Shown here: in pieces, positions 45,564 through 54,921 of the stretch | How the letters are laid out: each line of letters starts with the position of its first letter | Numbering within the stretch: position 1 is the stretch's first letter | From: Candidatus Woesearchaeota archaeon UBA525 | GTDB taxonomy: Archaea; Nanobdellota; Nanobdellia; Woesearchaeales; UBA525 | Length of the DNA: 64,000 nucleotides | NCBI GenBank assembly: GCA_002498125.1 | Contig: DAGG01000029.1 | Coordinates: 898 to 64,897, forward strand | Reading direction: 5' to 3' | Translations under genes and position numbers: made by a program | The notes under the pieces: model-generated | Database searches by the model: none | What the model was told of the DNA's origin: nothing | Seen by the model: only the letters and a program-made list of their open reading frames with translations

Positions 45564-46082
45564 TTATGGACGGAGAATCCGCTTGAGCGCCTCAATGATG
45601 CGCTCCTCGTTCTTCGGGTAGGCTGCAATGCTCGCCTTCACCTGATAGCATTCGCCGCTAGCGGTCAAGCGCACCTGACCACGCATGAGCGCCTCCTTGT
45701 CGAGGCGAAAGGACATGCGACCGTCAGCGTCCAGGAGCGATGCTGAATCCTCCCTGTGCTGCGCCAGCTCTTCCTCACTGAGGGTTTCGCGGAACATGCC
45801 GGCGACGGCGTTCACTGAACTCATGCGCCGGAAGTAGAGCGTGAAGATGGTCATGGTGCCTTGATCTGTCAACGTGTCCTGCACCATGAGGTCAGAGTCC
45901 TTAAGCCGATGGTGAACATAGCCATGGTCGGGGTCGCGCTCAGGGTCTTGGCGCAGGAGATCTGCTGCAGGAACTGGTGAGAGTAAGTCGAGGCCGCACA
46001 GTATCGCTTCGCGGTCGTCATTCGGCTTGCAGAACACTGATACGGTCACGTGGTGGAAGAGCCGTTCTTTGGTCTGTTTCAT
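45564..46082 (-). CDS. Hypothetical protein
   Basis: The start is taken at the internal Met MKQTKERLF because a TATA-like caatttattc then lies 25-30 nt upstream. The ORF extends to 46097. Confidence 0.4.
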   Translation of the reverse strand: MKQTKERLFHHVTVSVFCKPNDDREAILCGLDLLSPVPAADLLRQDPERDPDHGYVHHRLKDSDLMVQDTLTDQGTMTIFTLYFRRMSSVNAVAGMFRETLSEEELAQHREDSASLLDADGRMSFRLDKEALMRGQVRLTASGECYQVKASIAAYPKNEERIIEALKRILRP

Positions 46083-46302
46083 TTTCTGCTGCGGCAATTT
46101 ATTCTCACCCTTCGAACGTTGTTTCGGCCCGTCACTGTCGAAACTCGCATTCGCTCATTTCGTCGCCGGGCCTCGGATTTGCGCCAAGGCAGCTAGCGCA
46201 CTAAAGCGAACTACTCATTACGATGTAGCATATCCTCAGACTCATCTCTCCTTTTTATCTCTTCTCCAAATGATTAAATAGTATCTGTTCGTCTGCGGGT
46301 GT

Positions 46303-47217
46303 GTGAAGCATCCCGTCTCCGTCACTGCGCTCCTCGTCGCGCTCTTCATCGCTGCGCAAGTGATAGGACTCGTGCTGCTCGCGCTGGATATCAAAGCAAT
46401 CAGTGAAACTGACGGCGAGCGGGTCGTCGAGCACCAGCAGGTCGTCTTCGGGGAGAGGCCGGACACTGAAGGCCTACAGAGCTTCCTCTACCTCTCCGTA
46501 GGCATCGCTATCGGGACGGCGCTCGTCCTTCTCCTCATCAGGTTCCAAGCCTACAGCATCTGGAAGGCGTGGTTCCTCTTCGCCGTGTGGTTCAGCATGA
46601 CAATGGCGCTCGGTGTTATCATGCCGGCTGCCGCGGCGCTCATCATTTGCCTCATCATAGCAGTGTGGAAGGTCTACTGGCCTAACCCTCTAGTGCATAA
46701 CGGAGCGGAGATATTCATGTACGCAGGCATCGCAGTCCTCATCGTTCCGCTCTTCAACCTCTTCTGGATCATCATGCTGCTCCTAGCCGTGAGCGTGTAT
46801 GACGTCATCGCTGTCTGGTACAGCAAGCACATGGTCACGATGGCGCAGGCGCAGACCAAGAGCAATGTGTTCGCCGGCCTGTACGTACCGAAGAACTCGA
46901 AGAGCAAGCCTGCGGAAGCAGTCACGCGCACCCAGGCAGGACCGACACAGGCCATCCCGGCATCAAAGGGCTCTGCAGCGATACTCGGCGGCGGCGATAT
47001 CGCCTTCCCGCTGATCTTCAGCGGCGTCGTGATGGATTGGCTCATCATCAGCGGGTCATCGATGCGCGGAGCGCTCTTCGAGACGCTCATCATAACCGCC
47101 ACAACCACTCTCGCCCTTGTAGGGCTTTTCTACTACGCTAAGAAAGACAAGTTCTACCCGGCGATGCCCTTCCTCACTGCAGGATGCTTATTGGGGCTCG
47201 CGATTGTCGCGCTCTGA
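46303..47217 (+). CDS. Presenilin/signal-peptide-peptidase-like intramembrane aspartyl protease (A22 family)
   Basis: Polytopic membrane protein with a YD motif (VSVYDVIAVWY), a GxGD motif (AILGGGDIAFP) and a PAL-like motif (PAMPFL) in the correct order. TATA-like gattaaatag about 25 nt upstream. Confidence 0.65.
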   Translation: MKHPVSVTALLVALFIAAQVIGLVLLALDIKAISETDGERVVEHQQVVFGERPDTEGLQSFLYLSVGIAIGTALVLLLIRFQAYSIWKAWFLFAVWFSMTMALGVIMPAAAALIICLIIAVWKVYWPNPLVHNGAEIFMYAGIAVLIVPLFNLFWIIMLLLAVSVYDVIAVWYSKHMVTMAQAQTKSNVFAGLYVPKNSKSKPAEAVTRTQAGPTQAIPASKGSAAILGGGDIAFPLIFSGVVMDWLIISGSSMRGALFETLIITATTTLALVGLFYYAKKDKFYPAMPFLTAGCLLGLAIVAL

Positions 47218-47830
47218 TCGCAGTCTCGCGCTCTAGGGCGCGCAGCGAGTCGCGGATAGCAGCGATACGCTCAATGCCGTCGCCGCACTTTCGCATGAGC
47301 GCGCCGGAGACGTGATGGAGCGCTGAGATGTCGCTTTGCGGCGGCAGGAGCAGGACTGCCGGCGTCCTAACGCGCACAGGTGGAAGGTGGAACGGACCCG
47401 GGTGCTCGTGCACCCTGCGATGCATCTTGAAGAACGCCGCCGTCGCGATGAACACTGGCGCGACAAGCACCATCGCATCAGGACGGTCTGCGGTGGCTTC
47501 GCGCTCGAGCATGATGCTGGCGCTGAAGCCGTGCGCCACGACCGCGATATGAGAGTATGATTTCCTGAGGAACGCTAGGAAGTGCTCTACGTCGCTGCGC
47601 TGCTTGACATGGGACCAGCTGCCTTCGGAAAGCCCGTGACCGCGCAGCTCTAGAAGGTGTACTGTCGCGTCGCGCGAGAGGGTCACGCAGAGCTTCTCGT
47701 ACTCATCGACTGTGTGGCCGAAGTCCGGGAGCACTACCACACAGCGCGCACCAGGACCTTGGAAGCGCCGGATGACGAGAATCGTGTCATCGGGGAACCG
47801 CAGGTGCTCAGTGCTTGATGTGCTTGCCAT
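47174..47830 (-). CDS. Alpha/beta-hydrolase-fold protein
   Basis: VVLPDFGHT...HLLELRGHGLS...AVVAHGFSAS is a hydrolase-like nucleophile elbow. Confidence 0.5.
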   Translation of the reverse strand: MASTSSTEHLRFPDDTILVIRRFQGPGARCVVVLPDFGHTVDEYEKLCVTLSRDATVHLLELRGHGLSEGSWSHVKQRSDVEHFLAFLRKSYSHIAVVAHGFSASIMLEREATADRPDAMVLVAPVFIATAAFFKMHRRVHEHPGPFHLPPVRVRTPAVLLLPPQSDISALHHVSGALMRKCGDGIERIAAIRDSLRALERETAIRARQSRAPISILQ

Positions 47831-49787
47831 GCTTCCTCAGATGCCTGTCCAATCGCAGGATCATGCGCTCCTTGCTCGTGGTCCGCAAGTGCCTGGAGAG
47901 CCGCCTGTTGCGGAGCTCCTTGGCCGCCCAGGCAGAGATGATATTGTCATCGGACGTGATGATGCTGTCGAACTCCGCCCGCGTCATGCGGTCAAGAGCG
48001 TCGAGCAGTCCCACCTCGTTGTGGACTTGGACAGTGCCTAACTGGAGCGGCGCAGGCACGTGCGGCGTGAGCAGGCCGCCTTCCTGGCGGAAGTACCTGC
48101 TCTTGATGCGCCGCTGGATCAGTACTGTGATGACGAGGAGGAGTAGGAGCGTGATGCCCAGCGCGAGGATCTCGCGCGACACCTGCGCCATGTCGACGCC
48201 GTAGAGCATGCTCCGCTTGAGAAGCTCGCTCAGCACAAGATAGGGGTTGAAGGCCGTGACCGCCTGCGCTATGCGCGCCATCCCCTCAACAGGGATGATG
48301 ACGTTGCTCACGAAGAGCAGGATGCTGCCGATGGTGATGCTCGCGATCATGGCGGCCTCCTGCGTGCTGGAGAGGTAGCCGATGATCATACCGAGGAATG
48401 TAAAGAACACTATGGCGAGGGTGATGATGACAATGGTGGAGTAGGGGTTGAGCAGGAGCGGCTGCGCCACGAACATCGCGCTCAAGAGCAGTATGAGGCC
48501 GACCTCGAGCGCGAGGAGGAATGATGCTGTTATGAACGATACTGCGATGTGGTATCCATCAGTTGTCGGGGTGGTGAAGTTCCTGAATGCTGCCCGACTC
48601 GTCTTGTCCACCACGACCAGCGTGCTCGCGAGCAGCATGCCGATGAACATGATGACGAGGACGAGCAGATAAGGATAGGTGAAACTGAGGCGGTCGTCGC
48701 TCGCGGTCACGCTCACGAGCGATGTCGTGACCGGCTTGCTGATGTCCTCGGCGCCGAGTGTTTGGCCGTCGAGGAAGTCCTTGGTGTAGCGCAGGCTCAC
48801 AACGACTTGCTTGATCTCGCGCGCGTTGCGCTCCGAGTCCTTCGATGCGGCACTCACGCCGCTGGATATTGCTTCGCGCGCGATGCTGTCATTATGCAGG
48901 CTGGAATTGAGCCGTTCCATATCCTCAATCGCATACTGCAAGAGCAGGTCAGCCTCGAAGAGCTTCTGCTTGGTGACATCCTGGCTAATCTGCACGATGC
49001 TGGTCTGCGTGTCTTCAAGCGTGCGCTTGGTGCTCTTGGCATGCTCAAGTGTCTGCTCCTCACACTCGACACACGCACCTTCGAGTTGCCTGATGATGTC
49101 GAGTGCCTCCTCTATCGCAGCGTCGCTCTGCTCGACAACTGTCCTTGTGTCCTGCGCGAGGCCGAGCTGGTAGCCGCGCAGGCCTGTGAGTGTGATATTC
49201 GGCGTCACGTTGCTCAAGCTGCCGAGCGCCTCACGAGCAGTGGAGAGCTGCAGGTGTGAATCACCGAGGCTCTTGGCCAGGCGTGACGTCGTGTTGATGT
49301 CGCGGTCGAGGAGTGCGCTTGCGGTCTTCATGCGCGTGAGCGCATCGCCGGCAAGCTGCTCGCGGATCAGATCAGCCTGGAGGTCGAGGGCACCCTCGAG
49401 GTCATCGGATATCTGGTAGATGATGTTCGTCCTACTGAGGTCAACGTAGAACGTTACGGGAATGGTACCGTTGCCTGCCTCGCGCTCGCTGAAGACAAGA
49501 CATGCATGCGTCGTTCCGGTCTTCACGCTTTGGACGCAGGAGTCCTGATCAGGGTAGACGCTGACGACGTAGTCGCGCTCACCCAGCGCGTTGATCGTCC
49601 TGTCGCTGAAGTCGGTGTGCTGCGGAGAGTAAGTCCCGACGCGCACCGTGAAGTCATCGCCTGAGCCGAGGAGGGCGAAGCTGACCAGGAGGATGATGAG
49701 TATAGGGCCGAACACTATCGTGTAGGCGCTCTCCTTGTTGCGGAAGAGGAGCTTGAGGTTCTTAGATATAGCGGTGAGGAGCTTCAT
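47808..49787 (-). CDS. ABC-2 type transporter permease with large extracytoplasmic coiled-coil domain (YhgE/Pip-like)
   Basis: N-terminal TM helix, an ~350-aa extracellular helical domain, and a C-terminal bundle of 5-6 TM helices. 4-nt overlap with the upstream ATPase gene. Confidence 0.65.
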   Translation of the reverse strand: MKLLTAISKNLKLLFRNKESAYTIVFGPILIILLVSFALLGSGDDFTVRVGTYSPQHTDFSDRTINALGERDYVVSVYPDQDSCVQSVKTGTTHACLVFSEREAGNGTIPVTFYVDLSRTNIIYQISDDLEGALDLQADLIREQLAGDALTRMKTASALLDRDINTTSRLAKSLGDSHLQLSTAREALGSLSNVTPNITLTGLRGYQLGLAQDTRTVVEQSDAAIEEALDIIRQLEGACVECEEQTLEHAKSTKRTLEDTQTSIVQISQDVTKQKLFEADLLLQYAIEDMERLNSSLHNDSIAREAISSGVSAASKDSERNAREIKQVVVSLRYTKDFLDGQTLGAEDISKPVTTSLVSVTASDDRLSFTYPYLLVLVIMFIGMLLASTLVVVDKTSRAAFRNFTTPTTDGYHIAVSFITASFLLALEVGLILLLSAMFVAQPLLLNPYSTIVIITLAIVFFTFLGMIIGYLSSTQEAAMIASITIGSILLFVSNVIIPVEGMARIAQAVTAFNPYLVLSELLKRSMLYGVDMAQVSREILALGITLLLLLVITVLIQRRIKSRYFRQEGGLLTPHVPAPLQLGTVQVHNEVGLLDALDRMTRAEFDSIITSDDNIISAWAAKELRNRRLSRHLRTTSKERMILRLDRHLRKHGKHIKH

Positions 49788-50872
49788 CGTCTCTCACCCT
49801 TGTGCTCTTTTGCATCCTTGCGCTCTTTCCCATCCTCTTGTTCTTTCACACGCTCTTTGAGCGGGGGAGGGTGCGATGACGGCACGCTGCTCTCCGTCTC
49901 ATGATGCTCTGTGTGCCCTGTCTTGTGGATGGTGAGGAAGACGGTGTCCAGGTTCGGCTTGATGAGCTTGAGATCAAGCAGCGACTCATTGTTCCTGTGG
50001 AGCGCCGCGAGCAATTTGGTTATGACGCGCTCGGGCGTCTCGGTCTTGACAGTGAGGTATGTGCCTTCGCGCGTAATCTTCGTGATATCATCAGCCTTGA
50101 GGCTCTTGATCACGCTGTCGTAGTTGCCAGGGAAGGACTCGACCATAATCTCCTGCGTGCGGCTGTACTTGCTCTTGAGCGTAGCAGGGGTATCGATGTC
50201 CACGAGCTTGCCATCCTTTAGGATAGCGATGCGACTGCAGAGTGTATCGAGCTCGCCGAGGTGGTGTGAGCTGAGGATGACGGTCGTGCCGCGCTGGTTG
50301 ATGCGCTTGATGATCTCCCATATCTGCGTGCGCAGCACCGGGTCGAGGTCTGCTGTCGGCTCATCGAGGATGAGCACTGATGGATTATGGATGAGGCTGC
50401 ACGCGATGTCGAGACGACGCTTCATGCCGCCGCTGAGGTGCTGCGCGAGCACGTGCGCGCTGGCTTTGAGCTCCATCAGGCGCAGGAGGACGTCAGCGTT
50501 CTTCTGTATCGTCTCCTTTGGCAGGTCGTACATCGCACCGAAGTACTCGAGGTTCTCCATGATGGTGAGCTTCTCGTAGAATGACGGCTGCTGGCTCGCG
50601 AAACCGTAGCTGCGGTTCACGAGATCGTGGTGCTCGAGCACATCGCACTCGATGATGCCACGAGGGGTGTGGGCGTGGAAGAGTATCTGGCCGCTGGAAC
50701 TCGGCACGAATCCCACGAGCATGTGAAGGAGGCTCGTCTTGCCGGCACCGGAAGCGCCGATGATGCCGAGGATCTCGCCCTTGATGACTTCGAAGCTCAA
50801 GCCTGCGAGGACCTCGCGCTGGCCATAGCGCTTGGTCACGCCGCGAACAAGGAAGATATTATCCCCACCCAT
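49784..50872 (-). CDS. ABC transporter ATP-binding protein with charged C-terminal extension
   Basis: Walker A GASGAGKTSLLHML, signature LSGGMKRRL, Walker B LILDEPT. C-terminal His/Glu/Lys-rich tail. Confidence 0.85.
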   Translation of the reverse strand: MGGDNIFLVRGVTKRYGQREVLAGLSFEVIKGEILGIIGASGAGKTSLLHMLVGFVPSSSGQILFHAHTPRGIIECDVLEHHDLVNRSYGFASQQPSFYEKLTIMENLEYFGAMYDLPKETIQKNADVLLRLMELKASAHVLAQHLSGGMKRRLDIACSLIHNPSVLILDEPTADLDPVLRTQIWEIIKRINQRGTTVILSSHHLGELDTLCSRIAILKDGKLVDIDTPATLKSKYSRTQEIMVESFPGNYDSVIKSLKADDITKITREGTYLTVKTETPERVITKLLAALHRNNESLLDLKLIKPNLDTVFLTIHKTGHTEHHETESSVPSSHPPPLKERVKEQEDGKERKDAKEHKGERR

Positions 50873-51001
50873 GATTCGTGAAATACGAGGAGTGATTTAT
50901 AAAGATATGGTCGAGCCGTGAGGCAGGGAAATGCCGTGCAGGTCTACCGATGCCTGATTCTGGTGAGAGGGATTAAAAACCGCTGGCCGTAGCACAACCG
51001 C

Positions 51002-51817
51002 ATGGGGCGGTCGGGGACAACGGTATGCGCTATGGGCCTGGCAGCGCTGCTCTGCGGATATGTCGAGGCGCAGACCATCGGACCGAAGGCAGTCACGACC
51101 TACGAGACCTCGCGGCCAAAGGGCCAGCTCGATGATATCATGAGCAGGATATTCCTCGTGCGATCAGAAGTGAAGCTTCCGGACGGCAAGACGGAAGACT
51201 CTATCGGCACCGCTTTCCTCTACCAGCGCGACGAGCAGTTCAACTACTACATCACGAACGACCACGTAGTGACCATCCCGGCGAAAATCAATGGTTTCTT
51301 CCCCATGGAGATCAGGCTGAATGCCGCGGAGTACGTGCTCTACAACAACGGACTAGAATGGGAGAAGAAAGATGCGGGAAAGCTGCTCTACACTGACCAG
51401 AAGAGCGACTACGCTATCATCGTCTCGCCGAACAATGGCGGAGCGCCGCTGGCGCCAGTGTTCTTGGAGCTTGACGGGCTCAGCCTCGGGGAGAAGATAT
51501 ACACTATCGGCGTACCGAACGGCACACTGCCGACGCTCTACTCGGGAAACGTCGCAGGGCTCGATACTGTCGCGGTCGAGGAGGATGACGCGATACCTGG
51601 CTACCGCCTCCATGTCATCGGGCCGCCCGGGGTCAGCGGGTCGGTGGTTTTCGTAGAGAGGAAGGGAGAGTACCGCTGGGCAGGGATACTGCACTCGGGC
51701 AGCCCCGCGAACATGTTCGTGCAGGCGATACCTGTCAAGACGTTCTATGAGACACTCTATGCGCTTACACCCGATGCCGTATGTGCTGCACAAGCTCAAT
51801 CACTAACAACACCATAA
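51002..51817 (+). CDS. Secreted trypsin-like serine protease (S1 family)
   Basis: Signal peptide. Catalytic triad context TNDHVV (His), DYAII (Asp), GVSGSVVF (Ser). Confidence 0.6.
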   Translation: MGRSGTTVCAMGLAALLCGYVEAQTIGPKAVTTYETSRPKGQLDDIMSRIFLVRSEVKLPDGKTEDSIGTAFLYQRDEQFNYYITNDHVVTIPAKINGFFPMEIRLNAAEYVLYNNGLEWEKKDAGKLLYTDQKSDYAIIVSPNNGGAPLAPVFLELDGLSLGEKIYTIGVPNGTLPTLYSGNVAGLDTVAVEEDDAIPGYRLHVIGPPGVSGSVVFVERKGEYRWAGILHSGSPANMFVQAIPVKTFYETLYALTPDAVCAAQAQSLTTP

Positions 51818-52418
51818 GCACGAAGATCGCGCCAGCGATGAAGTAGTCCAAGGAAGGCGATTGCCACCAAGGCAAGAACAACTCCTCTGCAGGCGCCGTC
51901 ATCATCAGCGCAGAATCCTGCACCGACTCCTCGACGAACGCACGGGCCATCGGAGCGGCATCCGGGGCGATAGTATCTGCTGGCACAGACTTCATCATGG
52001 AAGATTCTGCTGTGCTGGCCGTCCCTGTGAATGCTTGCATGGTCTTGAGCACGACCGCCATCCCGACGGTGATAACGGCGATGGGCAAGTACTTCTTGAG
52101 GTTCGCGAGGAACGACGGGTCGTCCTGTGGCGCGATGATGATGTACTTATTCGCGAGCTTATAGTGGTTGACCTCGCGGCCTTTCTCTGAGTAGTGGAAT
52201 TCCTCGATAATCACGAGTTTCGCGTCAACAAGCTGCTGGAGATTGTAATGGACAGTAGAGAGCGGCACCTTGAGGTCCTTGGCTATCTGCGTCTCTGTCG
52301 AGTCGCGGCCCGCGAGGTAGTCGAGGATCTTGATGCAGGTCGGGTTGGAGATGACTTGCGCGAGCTTCTTCGCCTTGTCCTCCCTGAGGCTCACGAGCAT
52401 GAAGGATTCTTTCGTCAT
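51765..52418 (-). CDS. ArsR-family wHTH transcriptional regulator with C-terminal TM anchor
   Basis: IKILDYLAGRDSTETQIAKDLKVPLSTVHYNLQQLVDAKLV is an ArsR HTH. C-terminal hydrophobic helices. TATA ctatataaaaa lies 23-31 nt upstream. Confidence 0.6.
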   Translation of the reverse strand: MTKESFMLVSLREDKAKKLAQVISNPTCIKILDYLAGRDSTETQIAKDLKVPLSTVHYNLQQLVDAKLVIIEEFHYSEKGREVNHYKLANKYIIIAPQDDPSFLANLKKYLPIAVITVGMAVVLKTMQAFTGTASTAESSMMKSVPADTIAPDAAPMARAFVEESVQDSALMMTAPAEELFLPWWQSPSLDYFIAGAIFVLMVLLVIELVQHIRHRV

Positions 52419-52479
52419 AAGAGTCCATGGAGGAAGAAGCTATATAAAAATGCCGTGATAGTTTCAACAGGGATGGAAG

Positions 52480-52824
52480 TCAGTTGACCGAACGCGAGTA
52501 GAGCTCACGCAGCGGCCTATAGAACTGCTTCACACTCTCATCGCTCCCGATATCCATAATCAGTCCTGGCAGGTAATCAACGAGATCCACGATACCCTGC
52601 GTAACCCGTCCACCGGACTTGCGCCAGGCCCGCACCCTGAACATCTGGTCGATCTTCTCGATGCTCACACGCTCCTCAGTTCCGTTGCGCTCGTAGACAA
52701 GCGTAAGCACATCTTTAGTATCTGATTGACCGTGTTCTACGAGAGTAGCGCATACCTGGACATCCTGGTAGCCCTGGTAGAAGTAATCCACCCCGTACGA
52801 TCCCATTAACGCAGGGAGCAGCAT
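52480..52824 (-). CDS. Hypothetical protein (114 aa)
   Basis: ORF only. Confidence 0.35.
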   Translation of the reverse strand: MLLPALMGSYGVDYFYQGYQDVQVCATLVEHGQSDTKDVLTLVYERNGTEERVSIEKIDQMFRVRAWRKSGGRVTQGIVDLVDYLPGLIMDIGSDESVKQFYRPLRELYSRSVN

Positions 52825-52885
52825 CCTAGGATTTAAGCTTTTACAGGAAAATCCTTAAGAACAACAGCGTATTGACAACATTGTC

Positions 52886-53199
52886 GGGCGGGAAGTCGAC
52901 TCCCGCTGTATAGTGAGAAAAGTCCTGGCACCCCCGCAAGGGAGCCGCAAGGCGGCCGCTCGTGGAAGCGAGGAGGGGAAACCCTACGGCAACGAACGGA
53001 CAGAAACGGACCAACCGTCGCAGGGATGATTCCCGGCAAGGTCTGGCGACAGGCCCTTGAAGGATGACGTCGCGACGGACGCGGATGAAACGAACGTCCC
53101 GGCCGGTGCAAGGCCAGTATGGCCGCTCAGTTGAATGTCGATGGTTGTGGTCCGAGGTCAGACCCCGGCGCAGCAGCAGAACCAGGCTTACTCCCGCCC
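52886..53199 (+). ncRNA. rnpB: RNase P RNA (archaeal type A-like)
   Basis: 5' GGGCGGGAAGTC...GAGAAAAGTCCTGGC (P4/CR-I, GNAAAGUCC). 3' ACAGAACCAGGCTTA (CR-V) then ACTCCCGCCC, which pairs with the 5' end (P1). Internal GGGAAACCC and AAGGCGGCCGC helices. The ORFs over this region are spurious. Confidence 0.75.
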
Positions 53200-53247
53200 G
53201 ACACCTCATCATCAAGCTTTAAGTATCGAAGCGGAATCCCCTCGCGT

Positions 53248-54921
53248 ATGGGGCTTGTGAAGAACATAATCGCAGGAGCACTGTTTTCTGTTCTTGCAGC
53301 AACGGCAGGAGCACAGACGAGCGACAGCGGCTACAAACCGCGCACTATCGATGTCAAACAGAGCGTTATACGCACTGAGTCTGTCCAGACGGGTACCGTC
53401 CAAACCGATGCTGTCGAATCCACGAGAAGGCGCAGGGCAGTCCGGCACGGCAACGATGAAATGCCATTCCCCTACACTGAGTGGGGCCAGAGCCTACGCA
53501 TCTCCATCACGAACCCACAATCCACTCCATGCCCTATCCAGTTCGCGATCGACGGCCAGGCATTCTACGGCCTCTCGTTCAACATCCCGCCAGGAATGAG
53601 TTGGGTAACTGAGGATTTCCACTACGACGTGATGCCGCGTTTCGATGAAGAGTTCTCTCTTAGATCAGACTGCGCAGTCACGAGCATGAAGATCACGCAC
53701 TACGGCAGGTCACCGGGTGGCGTCTACGGTCACAGCATCGAGCCACGGCGCACCAGCGAAGCGTTGAGGCCGCAGCCAGGAAGGTTCAACATCCTCGTAG
53801 CTCCAGCGCCCGACGTAGAGGGTATGGATCTCAGTATCGCGATCAAAACGACAAGCAAGAATGATACTATCATCAGTCCGAGCATCGCGCAGTCGTACGA
53901 AGGTGCGCTCTTCAGCTATGCGGTCGGCAAGCAACCAATCCTCGCACTGCAGGGCAAGTATGGTTTCGGAGAGGGTATCGCGCGCGATGATGAGACAGGA
54001 TTCATCACCCGCGTGCCGGAAGCGCCGGTTTTCGGACTTCGCGCGTCTGTCTCCGCGGCAGTATACACCCCGCAGTGGCGTATCAGCGAAGTCCCAGTAC
54101 TGGGCGAGGCCATCATCCGTGATCTCGAGAGGAATCGCGACTCGTACGCCGCGCTCGTCGAGAATGAGTGCACAGATTGGGCGGTGATCCTCGGCGTGGC
54201 GAACAAGGTACCGGGATTCTCGGCGAACACACCGGAACCGATGGGATACACGACTGTTCCGACATTCTACACTGGCGAAGGCAGCATGTACATCGGAGTG
54301 GCCACGAATACACACGTGGAGAACGGCATGCACAAGTACGGATGGGCTTTCGAGCATCCCGCCAGACGCAACCCAATACCGCTCATCCAGCCGGAAGGCA
54401 CGTACTCTGCACTCGAGATTGTGTGCGCGCAAGATGAAAAGTGCTTCATCCCGTTCGCGAACACGCAGCAGAGAGATATCCAGGGACTCATAGGTGTCGA
54501 GCGCAATATCATCGGGACTGAGAAGGACCTCGTCGATTACGGTGAGATGGGTATCGCGACAATGATCGGCGAGTACAAGGGGGCGAGGACCGAGTTCGAC
54601 TTCTACGCAAAAGAGCCAACGATATTCCGCGTCGATGTCTTCAATGACCTCGGCGAAACGTTCGGAAGCGCGATGTACACAATGGGAGCGCAGGAGTACC
54701 GCCGCATCAGGCTCACCGACATCGCGCAGTGCGCTCCTCATCCTGAGATGACCTACGGCCATGCGCGCATCGTCGTGCAGAACGAAGGCGGCCGGATCCT
54801 CGGCGGCTTCTCGCGCTTCGACAACGGCGGCGGCGACAAGATCGTCGGGAAGTTCAACCCGGTCAAAATCAACGGGCAGTTGTACGAAGGAACATACCCC
54901 GACATCGTCTGCAGCCGCTAG
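53248..54921 (+). CDS. Secreted hypothetical protein (558 aa)
   Basis: Signal peptide MGLVKNIIAGALFSVLAATAGAQT. The start is set at this Met because the longer ORF (from 53119) would overlap the RNase P RNA. Confidence 0.55.
   Translation: MGLVKNIIAGALFSVLAATAGAQTSDSGYKPRTIDVKQSVIRTESVQTGTVQTDAVESTRRRRAVRHGNDEMPFPYTEWGQSLRISITNPQSTPCPIQFAIDGQAFYGLSFNIPPGMSWVTEDFHYDVMPRFDEEFSLRSDCAVTSMKITHYGRSPGGVYGHSIEPRRTSEALRPQPGRFNILVAPAPDVEGMDLSIAIKTTSKNDTIISPSIAQSYEGALFSYAVGKQPILALQGKYGFGEGIARDDETGFITRVPEAPVFGLRASVSAAVYTPQWRISEVPVLGEAIIRDLERNRDSYAALVENECTDWAVILGVANKVPGFSANTPEPMGYTTVPTFYTGEGSMYIGVATNTHVENGMHKYGWAFEHPARRNPIPLIQPEGTYSALEIVCAQDEKCFIPFANTQQRDIQGLIGVERNIIGTEKDLVDYGEMGIATMIGEYKGARTEFDFYAKEPTIFRVDVFNDLGETFGSAMYTMGAQEYRRIRLTDIAQCAPHPEMTYGHARIVVQNEGGRILGGFSRFDNGGGDKIVGKFNPVKINGQLYEGTYPDIVCSR

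Noticed and set aside
52833-53215. Short ORFs (92 and 124 aa, minus) and the 53119 start of the plus ORF overlapping 52886..53199
   Set aside because: The region carries the RNase P RNA P1/P4 and CR-I/CR-V signatures. The ORFs are by-products of the GC-rich structured RNA.
53710-54762. 350-aa minus-strand ORF antisense to the secreted 558-aa protein
   Set aside because: The plus-strand gene has a signal peptide and ordinary composition. The antisense ORF is Arg-rich and lacks a promoter.
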